This document shows, piece after piece, positions 27,573-35,189 of a DNA stretch of 53,376 nt. The stretch is from an uncultured Candidatus Saccharibacteria bacterium. Lineage in GTDB: Bacteria; Patescibacteriota; Minisyncoccia; Phycocordibacterales; CAZNKJ01. Position numbers and translations under genes: made by a program. A model generated the notes under the pieces. That model made no database searches and had not been told where the DNA came from. It saw only the letters and a list, made by a program, of their open reading frames with translations. The stretch lies in NCBI GenBank assembly GCA_964574145.1, contig CAZNKJ010000005.1, forward strand, positions 1-53,376, read 5' to 3'. The first letter of the stretch is position 1; each line of letters begins with the position of its first letter.

Positions 27573-28106
27573 ATGGCTTATAAAGCTCTGTTGCGAGTTT
27601 TTTCTATACCTTCGTATGTGGTGACAGCGGTTACGGTCGCTGTAGCTGTTTTTTCACTTTCTGTATGGCTGCCTAACTGGCGTTTAATTTTTATTGTATT
27701 TACATCAACTTCTGTAAGTTTTACTGAAGCATTAAATATAGTGTTTGGTTTGTTTCTTTCAATCAAGACAAATTTTACAGTTGTGTCTGCTTCTTATACA
27801 GTCGCCATCGCAGTATTATTTGGCGCGAATGTTTCTCTACTTAGATACTATATGTATAAGAGAAGATCTTTTCAAAAAAGGGGAGGGGTTTTTAGTATAG
27901 GTGGTCTTATAAGTGGAATTTTTGGTATTGGTTGTTCTGCTTGCGGGACATTTATACTTACGTCGGTATTGGCACTTATTGGCGCGGGAGGGATTATCTC
28001 TTTCCTGCCTTTTGGAGGAGAGGAGTTCGGTATTCTTGGAGTTGTTTTGATAGGGTACGCAACTTATTGGACTGCTGTAAAAATAGAAGAACCTGCTGTG
28101 TGCTAA
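27573..28106 (+). CDS. Integral membrane protein with membrane CxxC (GIGCSACG)
   Basis: Four to five hydrophobic helices. Starts 5 nt after the dsbA-like gene. Confidence 0.6.
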   Translation: MAYKALLRVFSIPSYVVTAVTVAVAVFSLSVWLPNWRLIFIVFTSTSVSFTEALNIVFGLFLSIKTNFTVVSASYTVAIAVLFGANVSLLRYYMYKRRSFQKRGGVFSIGGLISGIFGIGCSACGTFILTSVLALIGAGGIISFLPFGGEEFGILGVVLIGYATYWTAVKIEEPAVC

Positions 28107-28281
28107 TCAAATTTTTACTGAATAAGAAATTTTTGCAGAGTTAATTAGAATGATTGAAGTATTATTTTGCCGAAGGTAGAAAATCTACTAAGCAGATGTG
28201 GTGATAAATTAAAATAATTACAAAAATAACGAAGTTAAAAAGATAAATGGCGGGACGTGTCTTGTATTTTTAGTATAAAAC

Positions 28282-28313
28282 AACGCCATACGGAAAAATT
28301 CTCGTATGGCGTT
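28282..28313. terminator. Terminator hairpin
   Basis: AACGCCATACG-N10-CGTATGGCGTT, with T-rich sequence on both sides. Confidence 0.6.
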
Positions 28314-28594
28314 TCAAGTTTAAGCTTAGTGATATATCAGTTTTTTACCGCTGAATCCTAAGCAGATTCTTAATGTAGAATTCTTTTTTTGAGGTGTGAT
28401 TCTGTTACATTCTTGCGCAAGTATTTCATATCTCTTGGCTTCCTTATATCTATGACACTAAATAAGATTTTTGCTTTTGAACACAGGATATTATTTAATT
28501 TTTTAAAAAGCAAACTAGGCCTTATTCTTTGCTTAAATATACAATTCACACTATTAGTATGTACAGGAATTAGCCCTCTGTTAAAATAAAGATA

Positions 28595-28972
28595 ATGGAG
28601 AAAAAAACATACCACATTCTTATAGTAGAAGATGACGACCTTATGCGTGACGAGCTCTCGCATACTTTTTCAGAAAATGGTTATGGTGTTTCAACAGCAA
28701 GAAATGGAGATGAAGCTCTAAATATCGCTTTCAATAAAAAGCCAGAACTTATAATTCTTGATGTACTGATGCCAAACACGAACGGTTTGGATATTTTACG
28801 TCAACTTCGTAGTGATGACCGTGGGAAAAATATCCCCGTACTTATTTTAAGTAACGTAAGAGATGAAGCCTCTGTGGCGGAAGCTGTTGAACTTGGAGGA
28901 TGTGACTATTTACTTAAGACGGATTGGAGTTTGGAGGATGTTCTTAAAAAAGTAAATGAGAAACTTAAGTAG
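28595..28972 (+). CDS. Stand-alone response-regulator receiver domain (CheY-like)
   Basis: ILIVEDDD..., LIILDVLMP (phospho-acceptor Asp), ILSN, and a K near the C-terminus. Confidence 0.85.
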   Translation: MEKKTYHILIVEDDDLMRDELSHTFSENGYGVSTARNGDEALNIAFNKKPELIILDVLMPNTNGLDILRQLRSDDRGKNIPVLILSNVRDEASVAEAVELGGCDYLLKTDWSLEDVLKKVNEKLK

Positions 28973-29108
28973 AGAAATAGTGTTTTTTTGATATACAAAA
29001 AGAATAGGTTGACACAAGACTGGTTACACATTATCTTTTCATTTAGTGCTCTGCTAGAGCAGTTTGAATTACATTACGCTCTCAAGAAACAAAAGGGATT
29101 TCGCTTAA

Positions 29109-29390
29109 ATGGAACATTGTGAAGATGACGAGGAGTATAAATTTATTCCAGGAATATTTTATGAATTTACTCCGCCTATCAAAATTGAATGTGTTGTTAG
29201 TGATAGAGATGATTGGATAATAAGAACATTTCGTTTTGCTCAGTGTCTAGAAAAAATATCATGTTTTGATGCATATCTTTTTATAGGAAGGTCTGTTGAT
29301 GAAGACGATATTTGTTGGTTTTTCTTGAAAATACCCCATGATCTTCTTGGTGGTGTTGTGTTGCCTTCATATTTGCGAGTCATTAAATGA
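29109..29390 (+). CDS. Hypothetical protein
   Basis: ORF only. TTGACA-type promoter candidate near 29010. No recognisable motif. Confidence 0.35.
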   Translation: MEHCEDDEEYKFIPGIFYEFTPPIKIECVVSDRDDWIIRTFRFAQCLEKISCFDAYLFIGRSVDEDDICWFFLKIPHDLLGGVVLPSYLRVIK

Positions 29391-29493
29391 AGATAAGAAC
29401 TGGTTTCAACTGTAGTTGGACCAGTTCTTTTTTAGACAGAAAAATATATTGGAGAGGCTTTGTTGCAGACTGTTGTCAGAATAATGTCGAACA

Positions 29494-29633
29494 GTGTCAA
29501 AGAACAGAAAGGTGTCAAAGTCCGCCTTCGACAGAGAGGGTCCAAAGGTGTCAAAGTCCGCCTTCGACATATGACATAGAAGGTTCTGGTTGTTTTTTGT
29601 GTCAAAGGCGTCGTGTCAAAGGCGGACTTTGAC
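29494..29633. repeat. Cluster of GTGTCAAAG-containing repeats (two 26-bp direct copies, one inverted copy, two half sites)
   Basis: AAAGGTGTCAAAGTCCGCCTTCGACA occurs at 29508-29533 and 29544-29569 (36-bp period). GTCAAAGGCGGACTTTGAC at 29615-29633 is the inverse. Half sites lie at about 29494 and 29599. Confidence 0.75.
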
Positions 29634-29799
29634 TGGGGGTGGTTTGATGCTATTTCTTGCTATTTAGTTGTTTTGTGGTAGTATTTACTGTACTTTGAGT
29701 GAGGTTTTTTCTCAAGTGCAGAACGTCGGCTTTTCCGAACGGTACAGGAGAGAAGGTCGTTCTTGCGCAAAGATATTGAAAAGTTAGATAAAAAGAAAA

Positions 29800-30063
29800 A
29801 TGGAAAACAAGAAGTTATATGTTGGTGGTCTTCCGTATTCTACAACTGACACTGAACTTGCTGAAGCATTTGGCAAGGCTGGTACAGTGGAGTCTGCTAC
29901 CGTTATCTCTGATCGCATGACAGGTCGCTCAAAAGGTTTCGGCTTTGTTGAGATGGCAAGCGCTGATGAAGCAAAAGCAGCGATAGACATGTGGAATGAC
30001 AAAGACTTTGGAGGTCGTACCCTTCTAGTTGATGTTGCTCGTCCTATGAAGGAAAGAGAGTAA
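29800..30063 (+). CDS. RRM-type RNA-binding protein
   Basis: RNP-2 KLYVGGL and RNP-1 KGFGFVEM. Confidence 0.9.
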   Translation: MENKKLYVGGLPYSTTDTELAEAFGKAGTVESATVISDRMTGRSKGFGFVEMASADEAKAAIDMWNDKDFGGRTLLVDVARPMKERE

Positions 30064-30094
30064 GTAGTTATTTATTTATAACTACTTATATAAT

Positions 30095-30130
30095 AAAAGA
30101 CGTCTTGGGTTTAAACCCAAGACGTCTTTT
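30095..30130 (+). terminator. Rho-independent terminator
   Basis: AAAAGACGTCTTGGGTTTAAACCCAAGACGTCTTTT, then ATT. Confidence 0.8.
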
Positions 30131-30233
30131 ATTATATAGTTTGAAAATAGAATATGAGTTTTGTTGCGTCCTTTTGATCTCTCGGTATAATGCAGATATA
30201 AAATATTTTAAGTATTCATCATTTTAGAAAGTC

Positions 30234-30908
30234 ATGGATGAACAAAAAAAAATCTATAAATTCAAAACTATATCATTTAGTATAATTATTATACTTGTAA
30301 TAATTACTGGTATTTTTTTTATTTTTTTGTCACGGACTGCTGATGATGCAAATAAAATAGTGGCTAAGGTAGGTGAAGAAATTATAACGCAAAATGACGT
30401 TGATACGCGCGTTAGACAAATTATAGTAAGCAGTAAAGACGAGGGTCTTACAGTTCCCGAAGACGTTTTATTTGGTAGTTCTCTTGATGATCTTATAACG
30501 GAGTCGCTTCTTTTTCAGGATGCGTCAAGACAAGGTTTCTTTGTAGACTCTGATATTGTTGATGAGCGTTATGAATATGCTAAAAAAGAGTATGAAAAAA
30601 TCCAGAAAAAGTCTGGCTTGACTCAAACATTTCTTGAGCGCATGGCAGTAAACTTAATGACACCAGAAGATTTTCGACGTAATATAGGTAGACAGATGAT
30701 ACTTTTTGCTTATCTTGAGGATCTTAAGCGTAAGGAAATGGATAAAGTGTTAAGTGCGGCTTTAAATAGGGGAAATGAGGATAGTACACGTATAGAAGTT
30801 ACTTCAGAGCGCACTCAAGTTACTTCTGATGATATTTCAAGAATCTCTAAAGAGAGGGCAGCTGAGCTTAAAAAAGAGTATTTTGTTGAGATTTATCTTG
30901 ATAAATAG
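30234..30908 (+). CDS. Membrane-anchored SurA-N-like chaperone-domain protein
   Basis: N-terminal anchor, then VAKVGEEIITQNDVD... and a helical, charged body. Paralogous layout to 31060-31806. Confidence 0.5.
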   Translation: MDEQKKIYKFKTISFSIIIILVIITGIFFIFLSRTADDANKIVAKVGEEIITQNDVDTRVRQIIVSSKDEGLTVPEDVLFGSSLDDLITESLLFQDASRQGFFVDSDIVDERYEYAKKEYEKIQKKSGLTQTFLERMAVNLMTPEDFRRNIGRQMILFAYLEDLKRKEMDKVLSAALNRGNEDSTRIEVTSERTQVTSDDISRISKERAAELKKEYFVEIYLDK

Positions 30909-31059
30909 AAAATTCGGAGAGCCCTAAACTTAAATTAAAGTAGGGCTTTTTCTATAATATTAAGCTACTGTCCTCTTTTAATATATTGCACTTAGTGACA
31001 AATATCTGGTACACTTGTACGGTATACTTTATTATTAGGATTAAAGACTTTTTATCAAT

Positions 31060-31806
31060 ATGGATACTCAGACACAGACGACAGAAGAGGCTGTAACATC
31101 AACTTCTAGTAACGGTGGGAAGGGAAACAGATCTCTTCTAGTAGGTATTATAATTATAATTCTTGTTTTAGCCGCTGGCGCATTTGTATATTTGAAACCT
31201 TTTAATTCTACAAAGGGCACAAGTGCAGTTGCCGCGACTGTTGATGGTGTAGAAATTACACAACAGGATATAGATAATAGAATTACTCGTAATAAGGATG
31301 CCTTGGAGGCGCAAGGAAAAGATCTTAATGATTCGGCAGTGCTAGTACAATTGAAAGATCAGATTATAAACCAAATCATTAATGAGACTCTTGCTATCGA
31401 AGCTGCTAAAAAATCAGGTCTTTCAGTAGAGTCTTCAGAAATAGATGCTCAGTATAAGACTATCTTTGATAGATTTGATTCAGAAGAGGCTTTTCGCGCA
31501 GAATTGGAAAAGAATCGTTTCACTGATGAAAGTTTGCGAAAAAATATTGAACGAGAACTTCTTACACAAAAGTACATAGAGCAGATCACTACTAATCAGA
31601 ATGTTGAAGTGACTGAAGAAGAGATCTCTTCTCTTTACGATCAATTGGTAGCTAAAAGTGATAAGGGAGTGGAAATTCCAAAGCTTGAGGATGTTAGTTC
31701 TCAGCTCAAAGATCAGATTAGGAATCAGAAACTTTCTCAGATTGTAAGTGATGCCATTGCTAAGTTAAAGGACGGTGCTGTGATTGTTATCACGGAGAAA
31801 AAATAG
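31060..31806 (+). CDS. Membrane-anchored SurA-N-like chaperone-domain protein
   Basis: Anchor helix, then VAATVDGVEITQQDIDNRI... and a helical body. Confidence 0.55.
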   Translation: MDTQTQTTEEAVTSTSSNGGKGNRSLLVGIIIIILVLAAGAFVYLKPFNSTKGTSAVAATVDGVEITQQDIDNRITRNKDALEAQGKDLNDSAVLVQLKDQIINQIINETLAIEAAKKSGLSVESSEIDAQYKTIFDRFDSEEAFRAELEKNRFTDESLRKNIERELLTQKYIEQITTNQNVEVTEEEISSLYDQLVAKSDKGVEIPKLEDVSSQLKDQIRNQKLSQIVSDAIAKLKDGAVIVITEKK

Positions 31807-31843
31807 TCCTCGTTGATTCTAGAATTCTACAGGTTTTCGAATA

Positions 31844-31880
31844 AAATACGCTGTCTTCTTAAAAGGACTGCGTATTTTAT
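31844..31880 (+). terminator. Terminator hairpin
   Basis: AAAATACGCTGTC-N9-GACTGCGTATTTT, then ATT. Confidence 0.65.
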
Positions 31881-32017
31881 TATTAGTATGTGATAATAAT
31901 TGTGGGTAGAGTGACTAGAGAATATAAAAGAAGATTAGGTGTTGTATTTAAATATTGAGTGTTCTCATCACTGTGATTTGAATGGATTTCATGAGTTTCT
32001 AGAATTGTTATTTCAAT

Positions 32018-32686
32018 ATGATTGCACAAGATAAAAAAGAAAGGGAGATACGAGCACGTAAAATGACACTAATACTTCAGAGTCTTTTTCCTAATGCTGC
32101 AATTGCGCTTAATTATTCAAATAATATAGAATTATTGTTCGCTGTTATCTTATCTGCTCAGTGTACAGACAAACGTGTTAATGAGGTAACTAAAATCTTA
32201 TTTAAAAAGTACAAGACTTTAGACGATTATCTGGGAGTAAGACAAAGAGATTTTGAGAAAGATATTCATTCATGCGGTTTTTTTAGAAATAAGGCAAAAA
32301 ATATTCTAGGTTCCGCAAAAATGTTAAAAAAAGAATTTAATGGAGAAATTCCTCGTACAATGAAGGAGGCACTTCTTTTGCCAGGAGTGGCGAGAAAGAC
32401 GGCAAACGTTGTTTTATCAAATGCTTATGGGATTAATGAGGGAATTGCTGTTGATACTCATGTTAGGCGTTTTTCGATACGTTTTAATCTCTCTGATTAT
32501 ACTGATCCAGTTCGTATTGAGAAAGATCTTATGGAGGTTCTTTCGAAAGATTCATGGGCTTTATTTAATCATCAGTTGGTCTTGTATGGTAGGGAGGTTT
32601 GTCCTGCGCGTAAGCACGATTGTGTAGATCACCAGTTAACAAATATATACCCACAATCAAAAGATATATGGCCCTCTTCTCAGTAG
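32018..32686 (+). CDS. nth: Endonuclease III (HhH-GPD glycosylase/lyase), Fe-S cysteine motif incomplete
   Basis: LSAQCTD, LPGVARKTANVVL (catalytic Lys), AVDTHV (Asp). The C-terminus CPARKHDCVDHQL retains only 2 of the 4 cluster cysteines. Confidence 0.9.
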   Translation: MIAQDKKEREIRARKMTLILQSLFPNAAIALNYSNNIELLFAVILSAQCTDKRVNEVTKILFKKYKTLDDYLGVRQRDFEKDIHSCGFFRNKAKNILGSAKMLKKEFNGEIPRTMKEALLLPGVARKTANVVLSNAYGINEGIAVDTHVRRFSIRFNLSDYTDPVRIEKDLMEVLSKDSWALFNHQLVLYGREVCPARKHDCVDHQLTNIYPQSKDIWPSSQ

Positions 32687-32780
32687 TTTTTTATGTGAGT
32701 GTATTAACTGACTTTGTCAGTTAATACATAATAAATATTGATATAATTTAATAAACACTTTGTTTTATTTATAAATTATA

Positions 32781-32810
32781 AAAACGCCGCAGGATGATCC
32801 TTGGCGTTTA
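32781..32810 (-). terminator. Terminator for the minus-strand gene 32831-33118
   Basis: On the minus strand: AAACGCC-N14-GGCGTTT followed by a T-run. Confidence 0.55.
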
Positions 32811-32830
32811 GTTGTCGTTATACTTTCTAT

Positions 32831-33118
32831 TTATTTTTTTGAATGTTTTTTCTCATACATTTCTCGTTCTTGTCTTTCCATATCTGTTGCTACTTTTTTT
32901 ACAATCTCCAGATGTTTGAGTCCCAGTACGGCAGCAAAATTTGCAAATCCTCTCGCGAGTTTATTAAAACCCCTACTAAACTTTTTAGACAAAAGATAAA
33001 AAGCATAACTATTTAAGATTCGTACTTTATCTTCTTCTTGAAGGGTTGTGTATTCTTTAGCGCGTTCTGCAAGTTGTGCCAGCCTTTCCATACTAGTTTC
33101 TGTATTTAGGTTCTGCAT
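32831..33118 (-). CDS. Hypothetical helical protein
   Basis: ORF with a downstream terminator. No recognisable motif. Confidence 0.45.
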   Translation of the reverse strand: MQNLNTETSMERLAQLAERAKEYTTLQEEDKVRILNSYAFYLLSKKFSRGFNKLARGFANFAAVLGLKHLEIVKKVATDMERQEREMYEKKHSKK

Positions 33119-33265
33119 TACTAACCTCCCTTACAAACTAAGATTAAAAGTAGTCTCTTGTTACATGATCTATATTAATCATAATGGGATATGTAACCCA
33201 TGTCTACTACAAAGGTTGTTTATTTTATTTTTTTAACCCAATTAACTTAATGATACAATGAGTTT

Positions 33266-33949
33266 ATGAAAAAAGTAGCCATTTTTGATATTGACGGAAC
33301 AATCTTTCGTTCCAGTTTACTTATAGAAATTGTTAATGTATTAATTGAGCGTGGTATTTTTCCAGAAGAAGTATGGGTGGGTTATGGTGAGAAAGAAAAG
33401 TTGTGGTTGGAAAGAAAGGGAGGCTATGATGAATATATACACGCAGTAGTAGAAGTATTTGAGAAAAATATAAAAGGTGTTTACTATAAAGAGTTTGCTG
33501 AAGTCTCCGAAGAAGTAACTTCTCGATACCAACATCATGTGTACACGTATACTCGTGACTTTATTAAACAGCTTAAAAAAGAAAAATATTATCTCTTAGC
33601 TATTTCACAATCTCCGAAGAAGACAGTCGAGGATTTTTGCAGAAATATTGGATTTAATAAAGTATATGGTCGTATTTATGAACTTGGTCCGGAGAATAGA
33701 TTTACTGGTACTATTATCGATCAACATCTGATTGAAAATAAATCAAATATAGTACGTCGTGCAGTTGAAAAAGAAAACCTTACTTTAGATGGTTCGTATG
33801 GAGTCGGAGATACGGAGGGTGATATTTCCATGCTTGAGCTTGTAAAAAATCCAATTGTTTTTAATCCAAATAAAAAATTGCTTAGATATGCTCGAATGAT
33901 GGGATGGAAAATTGTTGTAGAGCGAAAAGACGTTGTCTATGAATTATAG
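33266..33949 (+). CDS. HAD-superfamily hydrolase, subfamily IB (SerB-like)
   Basis: Motif I FDIDGTI, motif II ISQS, motif III/IV K...GVGDTEGD. Confidence 0.8.
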   Translation: MKKVAIFDIDGTIFRSSLLIEIVNVLIERGIFPEEVWVGYGEKEKLWLERKGGYDEYIHAVVEVFEKNIKGVYYKEFAEVSEEVTSRYQHHVYTYTRDFIKQLKKEKYYLLAISQSPKKTVEDFCRNIGFNKVYGRIYELGPENRFTGTIIDQHLIENKSNIVRRAVEKENLTLDGSYGVGDTEGDISMLELVKNPIVFNPNKKLLRYARMMGWKIVVERKDVVYEL

Positions 33950-33981
33950 TTAGATTATTTAATTGTAACTATTGTAATTAT

Positions 33982-35172
33982 CTATCTTGTGTCTTTTATA
34001 GCTAAGCTGTAACGTAAACCATAAAGAATGATAATTGCAAAAATAAGGAAGATATATTGGATGTCTACAAAGAAAAGAGCTAAGGTTCCAAGGATGGAGC
34101 CGCATATGTAAGAAAGTGGACGAATCATACGGAAACAACTAATAGTGTTTATATCGTTCTCGTCCACATGCTTGAAGAAATGGGTCTCAGTCATACTCTC
34201 AAGGAGAGCTGCTCCTATTCGAGTTATAAATAAAAGAGCAGCCCACTCAAAAGGATTCGCTGAGGTTAGAAAAGAAATACCCATTACTGAAAAGGCTGTA
34301 ATTATAAATCCTATTGAAATAAGTTCTTTTTCACCAAACCATTTATCAGCTATCTTTCCAGCTGGTAGTTCAAAGAGAATAAATGGTAAAAGCATTATTG
34401 TAAAAATTACACCGATTACTGTCCAATCAAAACCTATGTATTCGTGAAGATATATTGGAATATATATAACCATCCATACAAAAAATAAACGCATAATGAA
34501 GTGCGCTTTAAACACCGCAGAGAGAGGAGCGTTATTTTTTAGACAACCTAGTGTTTCCCTTAGCTTAAGAGGTCTGTATATAGGTTCTTCAAAATTACTA
34601 AGGTGTTTAGATATTATGATAATAAATGGGATTAAAAATACAGCAGACGAGATGAATACACGCCAGTATGCTGTTTCATCTCCTAAAATAAACCCTGCTA
34701 AAAGAGGAGATATTATAAGAGCAGCGTTGGTGGTGGTTAAGAAAGCTCCCCGCACACTACCAGTGGAGTCTTCTTTCTTAGTTTGGCTTTCCAGTAAAAG
34801 GTCTAATATAAACAAAATAGGGAGGTATAATGTTAAATATAAAATAAAGAGGATAATCGCTGAGGTTGCATTTCCAGATAAGGCGAGTCCGATAAAGACA
34901 AAAAATTCAAGTGTTGTTAGCGAAAGAATAGTTTTTGCATTTCCAAAGCGTTTTAATATGCGTGAGATAAATATTAGAGAAAATATTCCTCCAGTAGATC
35001 CAGCTATGTATACGAGCCCAACTAGGTTTACAGGGATGAATGTTGAGAGATAGCTTGAGTTTATATAAATTACAAGAAATAAATGGAAAGCAATAAAAAA
35101 ATCAGCAGCGTAAAGTACTTTAAATGTATCTAGAGAAAGTGGTCTACGCAGAAAGAGTTTTATTTTTTCCAT
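33982..35172 (-). CDS. MFS-type transporter
   Basis: Approximately 12 hydrophobic helices with a charged loop after TM2 (SRILKRFGNAK). Confidence 0.7.
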   Translation of the reverse strand: MEKIKLFLRRPLSLDTFKVLYAADFFIAFHLFLVIYINSSYLSTFIPVNLVGLVYIAGSTGGIFSLIFISRILKRFGNAKTILSLTTLEFFVFIGLALSGNATSAIILFILYLTLYLPILFILDLLLESQTKKEDSTGSVRGAFLTTTNAALIISPLLAGFILGDETAYWRVFISSAVFLIPFIIIISKHLSNFEEPIYRPLKLRETLGCLKNNAPLSAVFKAHFIMRLFFVWMVIYIPIYLHEYIGFDWTVIGVIFTIMLLPFILFELPAGKIADKWFGEKELISIGFIITAFSVMGISFLTSANPFEWAALLFITRIGAALLESMTETHFFKHVDENDINTISCFRMIRPLSYICGSILGTLALFFVDIQYIFLIFAIIILYGLRYSLAIKDTR

Positions 35173-35189
35173 ATTTTTTTCGTACTAAT

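Noticed and set aside
29508-29569. Type III toxin-antitoxin (ToxI-like) 36-nt repeat array.
   Set aside because: Only two full repeat units are present. The downstream gene is an ordinary RRM protein with its own promoter rather than an endoribonuclease toxin.
29387-29632. 81-aa ORF with duplicated RCQSPPST peptide.
   Set aside because: The duplication is simply the translation of the 26-bp DNA repeats. There is no SD and the ORF overlaps the previous ORF stop. I interpret it as a non-coding repeat array.
34496-35053. 185-aa plus-strand ORF, and similar antisense ORFs (for example 12671-13183, 40647-41018, 1136-1408, 7436-7768).
   Set aside because: They lie fully inside, and antisense to, strongly supported genes (MFS transporter, KAP NTPase, groEL, helicase, hsdM). 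They have low-complexity composition and no start-site signals.
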